A stretch of DNA of 63,996 nucleotides, counting the filler, from Porpidia crustulata (lineage: Eukaryota), in assembly GCA_964255105.1 (NCBI GenBank). It is 16 parts of 16 records of this genome, joined end to end, with 100 filler letters (N's around TTAATTAATTAA, not from the genome) between each part and the next. Parts side by side here need not be neighbours in the genome. Positions count along the whole stretch, not along the records: positions 36,444 to 40,373 come from CAXUWE010002197.1; positions 40,474 to 44,403 come from CAXUWE010002198.1; positions 44,504 to 48,428 come from CAXUWE010002199.1; positions 48,529 to 52,432 come from CAXUWE010002200.1; 12 more parts are not named here. One strand, 5' to 3'. The position numbers and the translations under genes were made by a program. Below are positions 37,576-49,513 of the stretch, piece after piece. Below the pieces are notes generated by a model. That model ran no database searches. It saw nothing but the letters and a program-made list of their open reading frames with translations, and was not told the DNA's origin. Within the stretch, counting starts at the first letter, position 1. Each line of letters opens with the position of its first letter.

Positions 37576-39390
37576 GTTTGCCTTAAGTCGAGACGCCAAT
37601 GGGGACTATTACGTAGCGACGGTTCGGTAGGAGAATTAAACAAACGATATGCAAGCTTGACGGGAGAGGAGATTTAGTCTCTTGAAGCACAGGGCAGCCA
37701 GAAGAGAACAATTGTTTCGACGTAGACATGTCGAAGGCAGACGAAACGTAAGGAGATATAGAGAATATATGATATATTCTACGCAATAACAATGTTTGTC
37801 CTAGAGGTTGATCTAGAATGGAGGGCTGATTCTAGGAGGCCGAGCGTTAGGAAGATTATTCGCTACCTTTTTTGAGACTTGTTGGCTAGGTCTTAGCGGC
37901 TTCCATAACCAGTTTCGAAGGAGTGCAAGGTGGGCTGATTCCCTGAGCTAATCTGCATGAAAATCAAGAGGATCTCTGGACATATTCCCGGCCTCTGAAA
38001 CGTCCCTGAAGTAGACAGTGGAGACTGCAATCGGTACAAGCATATTCCAACATCTTCCCAGACTTTCAACACACTGCCACGAGCCGTTGTCATCGCCGTT
38101 TATACTGCTGCCGTTCTGGTCCAAGCTCATCAGTGCAAATAGTTGCTGAAATGTGTTATTTCCGAGGAGTACTAAAGGCTAGAACACTATGCGATATTGG
38201 TAGAATTGCTGTATCTGTCAGGCTTGGTACCAAAATGCTGCGGTACTGACAATACTGGATGAGCGTGAAATCTCTAGGCGAGTTGGTGATGTTTGAAGTC
38301 TCAGATGCAAGGCCAGCAGTAGTGCACATCCTGGTCCTTCTCGGATCCTGACAACGAGAGCTATTGTAAACCTGTGCTGGAGACTAGGCCAATCACTAGA
38401 TCCGTGCCACTGCCATTTGCGCGCCTGTGCGCTTACGGGAAGAAGTCATTTCCAAATTCTCCGATTCGCCATTTCCCCACAGAAACGCTCCTTGGTCGTG
38501 CTCGGATCTCCGGGCGACACAGGATTCGTGAGGAAGAGCATAGACCATGTAGTTTGCATCTGCATGCAAAGCAGGGCCGGACGCGCTTCTGCGATGTGGT
38601 AAGACGCATCTTCAACCACCAAACCAGGCACAATCTGACCCGAGCCGTTCCACGTCATTGTGTTGGACGCCCTCCCAATCTCGAGCCTCCAATTCTGCGA
38701 TCATGTCTGCAATGCAACTGCCAGGTCGACGATGGGTCGGATCGGATGCTTTCTGGCTCACGGTTGTGAAGCCGTTGATGCCACTTTGTCATCCTCGCAA
38801 CCTCACTATCATCTATCTCTTTCACTATTATTGTTATAGCCGCATGCACCAACGGTCGCTTCAGTCCTGCGATCGTAGAATCTCTGCAAATGTTGGGTCT
38901 GAACAGTGATGACCCTTGTGTGCTTCAGGAAACATACACAAAGCACGACGTAGAGCATTTCCTGATTTATGGAGCTCCCTCGATCCACAGAGGTATGCAT
39001 CGGATTCGATGGCCATCCTGAGAATAGTCTCAATGCTCGACTGCCTGCTGAACACTGCTTTATCGTATGCAGTTTCAAAGAGTCAAAGCGAGGTTCAACA
39101 AAGGCTTGAACGAACGAAGACTGGCTAAACTTTGTGACCCTAACCCTAGGTGTGCTGGCTCATTGCTGGGTAAATTATCCAAGGAGCAACTTTGTAGAAT
39201 ACAGTCTTATCACTACATCTCTCATTACCTGCGATCCCCGAACGCCTACGAAACAAAGATCCAGCTTCACGCTAGACGGATCTTGATAAATGCAAGGAAT
39301 CGAAATCGGCTTCAAAGCGGTCACTTTGAAAGTATGAGCGGATCATCAGTCTATTACATAACACAAGATCTATCGTCCACAATAAACCAC

Positions 39391-39523
39391 TACTCGTTCT
39401 CACCCCCCAACGGTCCGCTCCACCTAGGGTTAGGGTAATACCATAGGGTTAGGGTTAGATAGACTAATTTTCACTAGCGCGGACCGCTGGGGGGTGCGGA
39501 CCGTTGGGAGGTGTGAATGAGTA
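39391..39523. mobile_element. 133-bp MITE, TA-flanked, with TTAGGG-rich core
   Basis: TACTCGTTCTCACCCCCCAACGGTCCGC ... GCGGACCGTTGGGAGGTGTGAATGAGTA (28-bp IR, 3 mismatches). An extra 17-bp subterminal repeat on the right. 60-bp core with TAGGGTTAGGG twice. Confidence 0.85.
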
Positions 39524-39901
39524 CACGCACAATGCAAATCTCATGTTTTAGAGACCCCAAGGTAATACATATCCATATGTCTAGCGTAAAGCCCCGGGTA
39601 TCTCAAGCTGAATAGGACGCGGAAACCTTTTCTGCGCATGTCGATACCATAGCGTACGGCTACGTCGCTTCAATTCGTCCGTTTTAGGTGGCCATCACTC
39701 TATCTATATGATCTTGGTAGGCCGAGGGCAAGTGGGCGAGCACGTGAGACAGAAATCTGGGATTGGTGGGGCATCAGATCTCGAACAACATGTCATCGAC
39801 ATCTGATCGATAATATATCAGATCCACAAATCCTCCTTCATACTCCAAAGGCAAATACTCCACTTCATCCCATCCCCTCCTTTTCTTTTCCTACCCGCAT
39901 C

Positions 39902-40373
39902 TCATTCCCCAACAACGCCCCAATAACTCCCGCAGAAACACGTTCGCTGCATATTGAACATCCACACACTCATCCCCGCCACCGGCGCCGTCTCTTCCAT
40001 GACTGCACAGCACCGCGTACACCTCCTCAACGTCCCCTTGCTCACCACGACCTTCCGGATCGCGTCCAGCGCGTTCTCCCGCTTCCACCTCTCGGTCCCC
40101 CTGTCATCACTGAGTCCCAACGGGCTTAGATCCAAGAAATACAGGTCCGAGACATCAGTCTCCTGCCTCACTTTCTCCAAACCCTCTGTGAGTAAATGCG
40201 TAGCCGCGGGCATCAGCACCGTAGGCACTTGTGCCGAGATCAAGAGCCCCTTCTCTACGGTGCGACGTTGGACTTCGTTGAGTGCGGCTCTTGCGTAACA
40301 GTTGCGGATGCTGGCATCGAGCAGGGAGAGTAGACGCTCAAAGAGGTCAAGTTTGACCGGGGAGGATTGGAAG
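39902..40373 (-). CDS. MED16: Mediator subunit Med16/Sin4, C-terminal fragment
   Basis: C-terminal Cys motif LDAIRK...LRRCTRCCAVME...WMFNMQRTCFCGSYW. Confidence 0.82.
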
Positions 40374-40473
40374 NNNNNNNNNNNNNNNNNNNNNNNNNNN
40401 NNNNNNNNNNNNNNNNNTTAATTAATTAANNNNNNNNNNNNNNNNNNNNNNNNNNNNNNNNNNNNNNNNNNNN

Positions 40474-40734
40474 GGAATAAAACAAACCTCGCCGCACAAA
40501 TCACCATTGACAGCATCGCGCAGCCAACGCACCCCCTCGAACCCACTCTCCCAACAACAAGCAGATGATGCACCCCCTTTTGCGCAAACACCGCCAAATG
40601 TTTTCCTCCCCTCAAATGATCGAAGCAGCGCGACTCCTGGCGTCGAGTATTCCGATTGGGTACACATCCGAGGCTTTCGCCTGGACGCGGGTACCCGAGG
40701 GCGGCCGGGATGTTTGCTCGGTTCGTTGCTGTAG
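40474..40734 (+). CDS. 3' end of an unidentified protein
   Basis: Frame open from the contig start to the stop, ending YSDWVHIRGFRLDAGTRGRPGCLLGSLL, followed by UTR-like sequence. Confidence 0.45.
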   Translation, partial: GIKQTSPHKSPLTASRSQRTPSNPLSQQQADDAPPFAQTPPNVFLPSNDRSSATPGVEYSDWVHIRGFRLDAGTRGRPGCLLGSLL

Positions 40735-41417
40735 GATCGTGGTTGGGGTGTGACAATCGACAATCGACAATCGAATTTTCGGTTTTTGGGGTACTGAGAC
40801 TTGGGAGTGAATTTCCTGGGGGGGATGCTAGTAGGAGATTTTTCTTATTTAACTTAGTGTACACGTATTGATATTGAAGGAAAGTTTGATGTCGTGGGGT
40901 TGTATGGGATATGGTGTATTTTCTCCCATGGCTTCGTTGGCTTGGAGATTGGGCATTGTGTGTAGGGGTGTTGTGGTTTTGGGGAGCGGACACTGGGCTT
41001 GGCTTTGTTATTGCGGGATGAGATGGTGAGGTGAGGTTGATGGACAGTTTGGAGTCTTCTAACTACGTCTATGTCAAGGATTGTGCTATGGTTTCGACCT
41101 GAGCCTTTGTCTTGCCTGCATACTTACGACTATCTATTTGAGGGCTTCGCTATTCGAGCCTTAGGAGAGTATCAGATCGGTTACGGGAACATGTGTGCAT
41201 TCAAGGGCAAATTGAAATGCAAACAGCAGTCCCGACCAAGCGGTCCATTGTCGAGAACTTTGTATCATCGTTGCCAGCCAGCAATGGGGTGAGAAAGACT
41301 TGGAGGCCTCAAAGATATTTTTATGAAAGGGAGTCTAGAGGAGGACCAACGCAGCATATAAAATATTCATCGAATCATGCATCAATCGTCAAGAATCCTC
41401 TTGCCCTTCTAAAGGTC

Positions 41418-42518
41418 CTACTCCATATGGCCAACAGCCCCTTTGTCGTCTTTCCCAGCTTCCGCGCCCCAACCCCACGGTATCCAACTGCTCCCCCCGC
41501 CAGCTTTGCCAGCCTTGGCACTCCGGGGTGCTTCATCCCGGTCAATGGTATCGAATTCGGACTCGCTCCCGCGCTTGCGCAAGCCCTCGCCGTACGCGAG
41601 GTCATCCCCCAACCTGCGTTCCACGTCCCTGCGGATCGCGTCTTCGCTCGCTGGTCCTCCCTGGTTGCCTAGCTCCGAGGCCTCGCGGTCCAGAGCGCTC
41701 AGCAGTACCCGCAGCTTCTCGCGCTGCGTGGCTAGGAACGTCATTTTCTCGTCGTTGCTTTCGATGCCCCTGGGGACCAGTGTCCCGCTGGAGCTCATGT
41801 GTGCGCCGTTGCCGGTCCGGGACGTTTGGCCGGTGGCGGCGCTGAGGAGGCCGTAGAAGTCCTGCACGGCGCCCATGGTTGGTGCGGCGGCCGCGCGGGC
41901 GGAGGGGACGTAGAATCGGCTCAGGAGGCTTTGGGCGTAGCTGCCGCCTTCCTTGGGGGGGAAGCTCTGCGCTTTCGGCTGCATTCCCAGCACGTTCTGT
42001 TTCACGTAGTCGATTGCGCGTTTGAGCCACTGCAGTCCAGCAGCCTTGGCGCGGTCGTGGCCTCTAGAAATCATCTCGTCGATCTCCGCTTCGTGCTGTG
42101 CCAGGAACGGGTGGACGTAGGAGGTGTAGAGGAGCCGGGCGCCTTGGGTTTGAGGGAGCACGAGATAGGAGAGGAGGGCGAGGCGGAAGAGGGAGTAGAA
42201 GGGGAGCCAGGAGAGGATGAACCAGGTCCAGGATTCGGCGAGGGTGAAGAGGGAGATGACGACCCAGTACATGAGCCATGGGGTAAGCTGGGCGGGGTCG
42301 GAGGTTTGGAGGGCTTTGTAGGAGGCGAAGATAGGGAAGAGGATTGTGATGAGGGAGCTGGAGATGATACGTTAGTTAATAATTTCCTATAAATATTAGG
42401 TTTGGTTCTGCGGAATGACAGAGATGATGTAATTTCGTGATGAGGATACGGAAGGGTTGTAAGAGAGCGGGGTGGGGCAAGCGTACGAGAGCAGGTTGGG
42501 AATGATGTCGAAGAACAT
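41418..42518 (-). CDS. HVA22/TB2-DP1 (Yop1/REEP-like) membrane protein (2 exons)
   Basis: MFFDIIPNLLS / ILFPIFASYKAL..DPAQLTPWLMYWVV...WLPFYSLFRL...LPQTQGARLLY..YVHPFL..HEAEID. Confidence 0.9.
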
Positions 42519-42711
42519 GGCTAGATAGTAGTAGCAATCGAATCTAGACTGAATCAAGAGATAGACGAAAGGATCGAATTGGTGGAGGAGAGGTGCGACG
42601 TATAATTAGACGGTGATAGCGAGAGATGTTTGTCAGACTCCCGGATGCACGTTGCTAGACGGTCACGAGGGGCTTATCGATAAAGCTCCCCGATTGGTAA
42701 GCGCGTGGGGC

Positions 42712-42844
42712 TACTCGTTCCCACCCCCAAACGGTCCGCGCTAATTAAGATTAGTCAATATAACCCTAACCCTACGCTGCAGCCCTAACCCTAGGTAGGG
42801 CGGACTGTTTGGGGGTGCGGACCGTTTGGGGGTGGGAACGAGTA
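42712..42844. mobile_element. 133-bp MITE, TA-flanked, perfect 28-bp TIR, CCCTAA-rich core
   Basis: TACTCGTTCCCACCCCCAAACGGTCCGC ... GCGGACCGTTTGGGGGTGGGAACGAGTA is a perfect IR. Extra 17-bp repeat GCGGACTGTTTGGGGGT. Core contains TAACCCTAACCCTA and CCCTAACCCTA. Confidence 0.9.
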
Positions 42845-43173
42845 ACTCAGAAGCGCGTTTGCCGCGAGGAGAATAGGAGTGTGACTGCATTGCTGAAAGA
42901 CCTTGGAATTGTGCATCTATTTTCAGCTGTAAATACAAAAGGAAGACTGGTTGTGCCTGCATTGCCTGGGCTTATGACTGACCGGAGAGCTTAGTATGCG
43001 CAGTCCTAAATTGTTTCTATGAAGGGGCTGCCTTGGAACATTCTTGAATCTCTGTGTCGTCTTTGGAGTCTAAAAATCAGAAAATAATATTACGATCGAG
43101 ATAGTCCTGCAACAGGAGGAAGTCTTCTAGTCAAAGTGATCAGACATTCTACCTGCGTCGTCTCCTGGTGGTC

Positions 43174-44204
43174 ATGTGCATAGCGCTCATATCTACAGCT
43201 CATCCCGATTACGCCTTGATCTTGATAGACAATCGTGATGTATGCTAACCAAGCTATTGCTATCCCAGCTATACTGAGAAAAACAACAGGAGTACCTCAG
43301 TCGTCCGACAGCTCCAGCAGCATGGTGGCCTCCTCCCAACAGCCAAGTAATAGCAGCCCACGACCTTCTCCGCAATGTGCGCGGCACATGGCTCGGTGTC
43401 ACCAAACAAGGTCGGGTTGCCGTTCTGACAAATTTCCATGAAGAAGGCCAAGTGGTACAAGAAGCCAGAAGTCGGGGGGCTATGGTCAATGCATTTTTGA
43501 CCCAAGATCCTGGCAGACCTGAAAACACGCATGAGTTTATCACGCATCTTATTGAAGCCGAAGGTGTGAAAGGCGTCGGCGGCTTCAGCCTCGTATGCGG
43601 AAAAGCAGGCCATCCGCTTGCGATTGTGTCGAATCGCACGCCTACCGTTGAGGGCGTATCCTGGATCGCTGGGACAAGAGGCGAAACTGTAGGCCTAAGC
43701 AACGCTGCCTTTGGAGACCGCTCCTGGCCCAAAGTCTTGATGGGCGAAGAACTCATGTATTCCGTAATCAAAAAAAGCTTCGAGCGCAAAGACTCGAAAG
43801 CCTTACTGATCGAGGAACTCCTGCGCGTCCTAAGCGTCGACACCATGCCCAGCAGACGTCGCGGCCAAACATGGACCTCCTACGTCGAAGCGCTGCGCCA
43901 CAGCATCTTCGTCCCCGCGATCGGTGGCGCGGGTATGGATGGTCTAAGTGCCGATAACATCGCCGCCGCCGCGAAGGGCAAGAACCAGCATGTCCACGTC
44001 AGCAGTAAGGATGAGATAGCGATGCATAAGGGCGGTCTCACGGGTAAATACGGGACGCAGAAGCAAACCGTCGTGATGGTGGATCACCAAGGACATGTGA
44101 CATTTGTGGAGAGAACGCTATACGATGAGGAGGGACGAGAGATTGTTGACAGTGAACGCGATAGGATTTTCGAATTCGACATCGAGGGATGGGTGAATAC
44201 ATAG
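43174..44204 (+). CDS. TANGO2: TANGO2/NRDE family protein (2 exons)
   Basis: MCIALISTAHPDYALILIDNRD|E (the NRDE motif is split by an intron), GTWLGVTKQGRVAVLTNF, SRGAMVNAFL, YGTQKQTVV. Confidence 0.9.
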
Positions 44205-44528
44205 TCGAACGCGAAAGGGAAATGAGTGTATTATAGGTTAAAGATCAGATATACAGCATCTCGGTCGATGGGATCCGATGTGTTAAAACCATCTCCGCAC
44301 CAGCTTCCTATCTTTTTTGATATCAACTTTTCTTTCTGTTTGAAAATCCTAATGAAAGAACAATATCCGGCTCCCAACCCCTCCCCTTCCCCCTGTCCTC
44401 TCCNNNNNNNNNNNNNNNNNNNNNNNNNNNNNNNNNNNNNNNNNNNNTTAATTAATTAANNNNNNNNNNNNNNNNNNNNNNNNNNNNNNNNNNNNNNNNN
44501 NNNCTCCTCTTTAAACACACTCAACCGC

Positions 44529-44574
44529 ATCCCATCCCCATTCCCATCTCCATCCCCATCCCCATCCCCGTTCC
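44529..44574. repeat. Degenerate (CCCCAT)n microsatellite
   Basis: atcccatccccattcccatctccatccccatccccatccccgttcc near the contig start. Confidence 0.6.
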
Positions 44575-44919
44575 AGCCCGTCGTCGTCATACCTCAAGTC
44601 ATCCATAATACCAAACAAAACCCTGTCATACATGCCATTGCCCGCGTTTGTTCGTCCACCATTTATTACCCTGGCGCCTGCGAAATCGATGGAAATTTGG
44701 GGTTGTGTAGAAAAGAACAAGGAATTGGATGGTGAAAAGGGGTGTGTTAAAAACATGTTTTGGGGGGAAGAAAAAGATTCGTGTCTTACGGTTTGATTTG
44801 TCGAATTGCCGTTTGGTTATGGAGTGATGAACCGTAGGCGATTGATATCCTCATATCGTAGCTTCCATGACGCGGATTTTTCCCATGACGATAGAGAGTA
44901 TGAACAAGTCTTCTGGGAT

Positions 44920-46974
44920 CTACCTTCTCTCCTTCGGCCGAGCTAGCATATTCAGCCGACTCAGACTCAAAACCCCTCGACTCTTCTCCTTCGCACCTCC
45001 CGCTTTCGGGATCCTGCTTCCAGCGGTCACAGCGCCGCGGCGTTTCGCAATTGTCTTATTCTCAGGTTTGTCCTCTTTGTGCGCAGTCTTCTGCTTCTTC
45101 ACACTTCGGCCATCATCCTCGCCATCCTGATCGGTAGGCGGGTGATTCTCGTCGTCCGAGTCTGCGCGGTGACGCTTCTTGTTCTCGATTCCGTGGGGAA
45201 TTGCGGGCAAGTCTTCAAAGGCAGAGGGTAAGGGGGTGGGAAGGCCGCTGGGACGGACTTGACGGATGGTTGAGGGGGGTTTGATGCCGGAAGTTGCGGG
45301 GCCGAAGTTGATGGTTTTGGATGAGGTGAAGGTGAAGTCGCCTGGCATGGGGCATTTGGGAATCTTGGCGCGAGTGGTTATGTTGGGGGAGTCTACCAGA
45401 GACGGATACAAAATTGGTGTAGACTCAGTAGTGTGGGTGGTGGCTTGACGTTGAGAGGGTAGAGATGGAATTTTAGAGGGAGAAGGGGAGATGGATGCTA
45501 TGTCGTACATTGGTTTTGTACTTGGGGTAAAGTCAACGCGTTTGACGGAAGGGGAGTGCTGAAGGTCTTGCAACGGAGTTCCTGGCAAGCTGGGCAATTC
45601 TTTGTCGAGATTCTTCTTTTCTGGGCTCGGGAGATGAGTACCAGCAGCTATTTTGGTGGGGTCATCAGAGAACTTTGGTTGATGGCGGTGCAGGATAGAC
45701 TTCATGTTGCCAAATCTTGCTAGGGAGGCCATATACTTATTACTACCTTCGGTCTTCGAGGTGCTTGGGCTTGTATGCGTTTTCGTTGATGCACTCCGGC
45801 TTAGAGAAGGAATCATCGACGTCTTTGATGCTTTGACACTAGCCGCTCGAGCAAGAGACGATTTCGTTGGCGTTGTAACGGCACTTGGTAAGCCAGAATG
45901 AAGCTTGATTGTTGCTTGCGGCGACTGTACGCTTGCCACTTCAGAGCTAGCGTCTTGTGAGGACGGTCGCGCTGTGGATGTATCATCGTTGTATCTCTGC
46001 TTGGCACGTTTGGCGGGAGATGTATTCTCAAGCCGGTCGCTAAGTTCTTCTGCGCGCATCGATTTGAAGGACTTTGTGCGAGAGAGGATGTCTTGACCGG
46101 CATCAAGAGCAGCTTTTGAGGGGCTTCGTTTCAGCGACGTTGACGTAGTCTCAGCTTGAAATTTGCTCTTCCAGACCGAAGCATGGCTTGCGATTGACTC
46201 CATCTTCTTAAAATCCTGCTTATGGACATCACTATATCTTCCAGACTTCCCTTTGGGCTTAGCAAGCTTTCGGCCACCAACACCGAAGAGCTGGTTGGTT
46301 TCGTTGTCTTTCTCATCTTGCTTTTTTTGCTCCACCTGTAGGGCTGCTTTGATCCTAGCTGCTTCCTCCCGTACACTCTCCATGATCCTATTAGTCTCTT
46401 CGCTAAGGTCGGCTTCTGGACGATTGAAAGTAAAGTCGAAGGTTGGGGAAGACATGAAGTTTGGTAGGCGACCTTTAGTTTTAGTAGGCGTATCCTGAGC
46501 TTTTACTGCAAGACCGGAACGTGCTACAGGAGCAGTTTTTCGAAGATCCACACCTCCGAAGCCAAGTTGTAAACCAGAGTCAGGCTGTGGTGTGGTGCTT
46601 TGGTGTACTTTGCTTGGATGCATCTCGTCAAGGGTAGGATATATTCGGGAGGCAGCTTGGGGGGTCCTGATGGTAGGTAATGGAATCTGGGTTCTCTGGG
46701 TAATAGCTGTGTTTGGGGGAGCGACCGGAGAAGAGACGAGCGCATCAATTTTGCGTGGTGTACCGTCTTGTGGAGATTCGTCACGTTCAAAGACGGAAGA
46801 GAGCTGGTTCGCGGATGGTATTGCGTTGGATTGAGCCTTTACCGTAAGGGATAGTCAGCAGGTTGCGACCAAACAGCTCGTAATGTAGCAGAGAATCGGG
46901 GCTCTCAGAGTTTATTTACTTACAGGAGTTCCGCTACCTCTGATACGTGATGAGCGCCGACGAGGCGTATGCAT
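44920..46974 (-). CDS. Basic, S/P/K-rich disordered protein (2 exons), possible microtubule-associated protein
   Basis: Exon 1 MHTPRRRSSRIRGSGTP, then an intron, then a long exon including the 567-aa ORF. Conserved-looking islands GRYSDVHKQDFKKMESIASH and GVLSLSRLNMLARPKERR. Many S/T-P sites. Confidence 0.75.
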
Positions 46975-47346
46975 TATGGCAATGGTACAGTTGTTATTTT
47001 ATAGATGTTTTCTAGATTCAAGAATTGGGAACTGTGGGAAATGATCTCGAGAGTATGTTGTGGTAGTGATGGTTTTGTGTGGTCTGTTGTATTTTGTTGT
47101 TTACATACACACCAAGTCCTCGGTTAGGCTATCGTTGCTATCTAAGCGCGTCCATCTAGTCTCAGCCTCTGACGCGCTAGCACTGCTCTATGGAGATAGC
47201 TTCATATGAAGTCATAGTCCTCCATTTTACCGGCCTCCTCTTCAGATATCTTACTATGAGGTGAATTGTAGTATAATTATAATCCTTTCATATCAAAACT
47301 TCTCAAACCACTCGAAATCATCAAGAATTGTTTCATCGCAGCAAAT

Positions 47347-47850
47347 ATGAATACATCATTCCTACCCGTCCCAAAGATGCTACGTCAGTCCTGCACCTCC
47401 CCGTTCCACTGTACAACCTGACTGACTAATCTGACAGCCGTTACCGGCACTTGGACACTCCCCTTTGCCGCCTACCTCGTCTTCCTCTCCCAACGCGTTG
47501 TCATTCGGCGATTACAGAATGAGAAATTCGTTGGCGACCGCCTCGACAAGCCTACCAACGACGGCCCCGATCCACTCACGATCGACGCGCGCTGCCAAGC
47601 CAACTTCCTCGAAGCCGTGCCGACGGCATTTATCCTCACGGCGGTCGCGGAACTCAACGGTGCGAACAGGAAGGTGCTGAACTACGCTTTGGCGGCGCTG
47701 TTCGCGCTGAGGATCGTGCATGCGGAGTTCGGGCTGAAGCTGAAGGATGGTATGGGAACGGGAAGGCCGGTGGGGTTCTTTGGTACCCAGGGGTACCTTC
47801 TGGGTATGGCGGCTTATGGCGCATACCTTGTCAAGAGCTACTGGAACTAA
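47347..47850 (+). CDS. MAPEG family membrane protein (2 exons)
   Basis: VTGTWTLPFAAYLVFLSQRV...RCQANFLEAVP...AELNG...LRIVHAEFGL. Confidence 0.85.
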
Positions 47851-48744
47851 AGAGTCCGTGGGAATCGCGAGAGGGTACGGGAACTGTTATATAAGGTGAT
47901 ATGAATGGTATATAAGGTAATGGTATAAAGGTGGAGATCGAGATTGTGCATATATTCTCAACTTATTTCAACATTATACATATTCAGCTTTGGATAATTT
48001 CAATAATCAGAGATAGCCCACTCCAAAAATTTCTCATCTCTCCATTCATGAAGTTCAAATTCTACCACTTCCTGTTTCGGAGTCGGATCATTCCTTCCTT
48101 ATTGCGAATCTCTCCCCTGTCTCGCTTCTCAAGCTTTTCTGTGTTCTCGTCTCAATTCCAATAAATGAACAATGTTCAAAAAAAAAAACAACGCTCACTA
48201 CACACTCTTATTCATTCGTTAATTCAAGTATCCCTACTTCAGGACCCACACTCGCTATCGCCTTAGGAAACCGCATTTAATATCCCTAGCCTCCGTCGAC
48301 GAAGCTGGGCAAGGCGGACTATTCCACCCTCAACAATTTGCGGACTCCTCCATCAGCCTCCTACAGAATCAGTCTCGCATAAGCCCCTCCTCCGAATCGA
48401 CAATTACCCTATACCCCCCATCTCCACCNNNNNNNNNNNNNNNNNNNNNNNNNNNNNNNNNNNNNNNNNNNNTTAATTAATTAANNNNNNNNNNNNNNNN
48501 NNNNNNNNNNNNNNNNNNNNNNNNNNNNGGTTGGATGGGGTTATGGTTATAGGAAGGAGGATGGATGGAGGGATGGAGGATGGAAGAAAGATGGGTTGTA
48601 GAGTTTGTGCTTTTTGAGGATATCCCGTCTATGTTCATACGTCCCGTTCAATCTTCATCAATGCCCCAAAATTTTCATTCTTCACCTGAAGTATATTTCC
48701 CTGATTTTCCTGATTCAATCCGTAACAAAAAGCCGTAGCATAAC

Positions 48745-49513
48745 CTATGGCTTCTCGTAGATCCAGTCGAACTGGCTCTGCTTGTACTCAATCACCTCGC
48801 CCTTGTTGAACCACAGCGCGATTTCCTTCTTGGCGTTCTCGACGCTGTCGGAGCCGTGGCAGACGTTGCGGCCGACGTCCTTTTGGAAGGATGATTAGTG
48901 GGTTGCTCGTTTCGAGGGTAGGATAGGGATGTAGAAGGTAGAGGAGGACGTACGATGGCGTAGTCACCACGGATGGTACCGGGGGCTGAGGCTAGAGGGT
49001 TGGTTGCGCCAAGGAGAGCTAGGGTATGGTCAGCCATTGGAAATCCTTGAGAGTATGACTGTCTTGAACGCATACTTCGGCCAGTCTTGACAGCATCACG
49101 ACCCTCCCAGACCATGGCGCAGATGGGACCACTCAGCATGTAGGTGACGAGTCCCTTGAAGAAGGGCTTTTCGGAAAGGTCTTCGTAGTGCTTTTCGAGG
49201 TGTTCCTTGGAGGGCGTGCACAGTTTGATAGCCGCGAGCTTGTACCTAATACATTGATTTAGGCCTGTGATTGTGGTGCAAAAGATCGTCTGAGGGGGGT
49301 TTACCCTCGCTTCTCGAAACGGGAGACGATGTCGCCTGTGAGCCCACGCTGTCACACAAATTAGGACTCCATACTCGAGGGATTCAAGGTTAAGGTCAAT
49401 TGGGTACCTGGACACCATCTGGCTTGATCGCAATGAAGCTACTCAATCTATTAATTCGCTGTCCCCATTTTGGAACGGGGCCGTACAACTCACGTCTGCT
49501 CATTGGCACTCAT
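48745..49513 (-). CDS. NDK1: Nucleoside diphosphate kinase, multi-exon (canonical start 49513; possible upstream start 49645)
   Basis: [66 protein letters not shown] (catalytic His). Confidence 0.96.

Noticed and set aside
37800..39100. Many 60-130 aa ORFs in a long intergenic stretch (similarly 8124-10000, 19000-20185, 59000-60425)
   Set aside because: No domain signal or coding-like composition, so treated as non-coding or unrecognisably decayed.
39424..39458. TTAGGG repeats as a true telomere or chromosome fusion scar
   Set aside because: Only 2-3 units, internal, and enclosed by TIRs, so the MITE explains them.
42712..42844. CRISPR-like array or tRNA/ncRNA
   Set aside because: No repeat-spacer periodicity and no cloverleaf or A/B boxes. 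Eukaryotic context.
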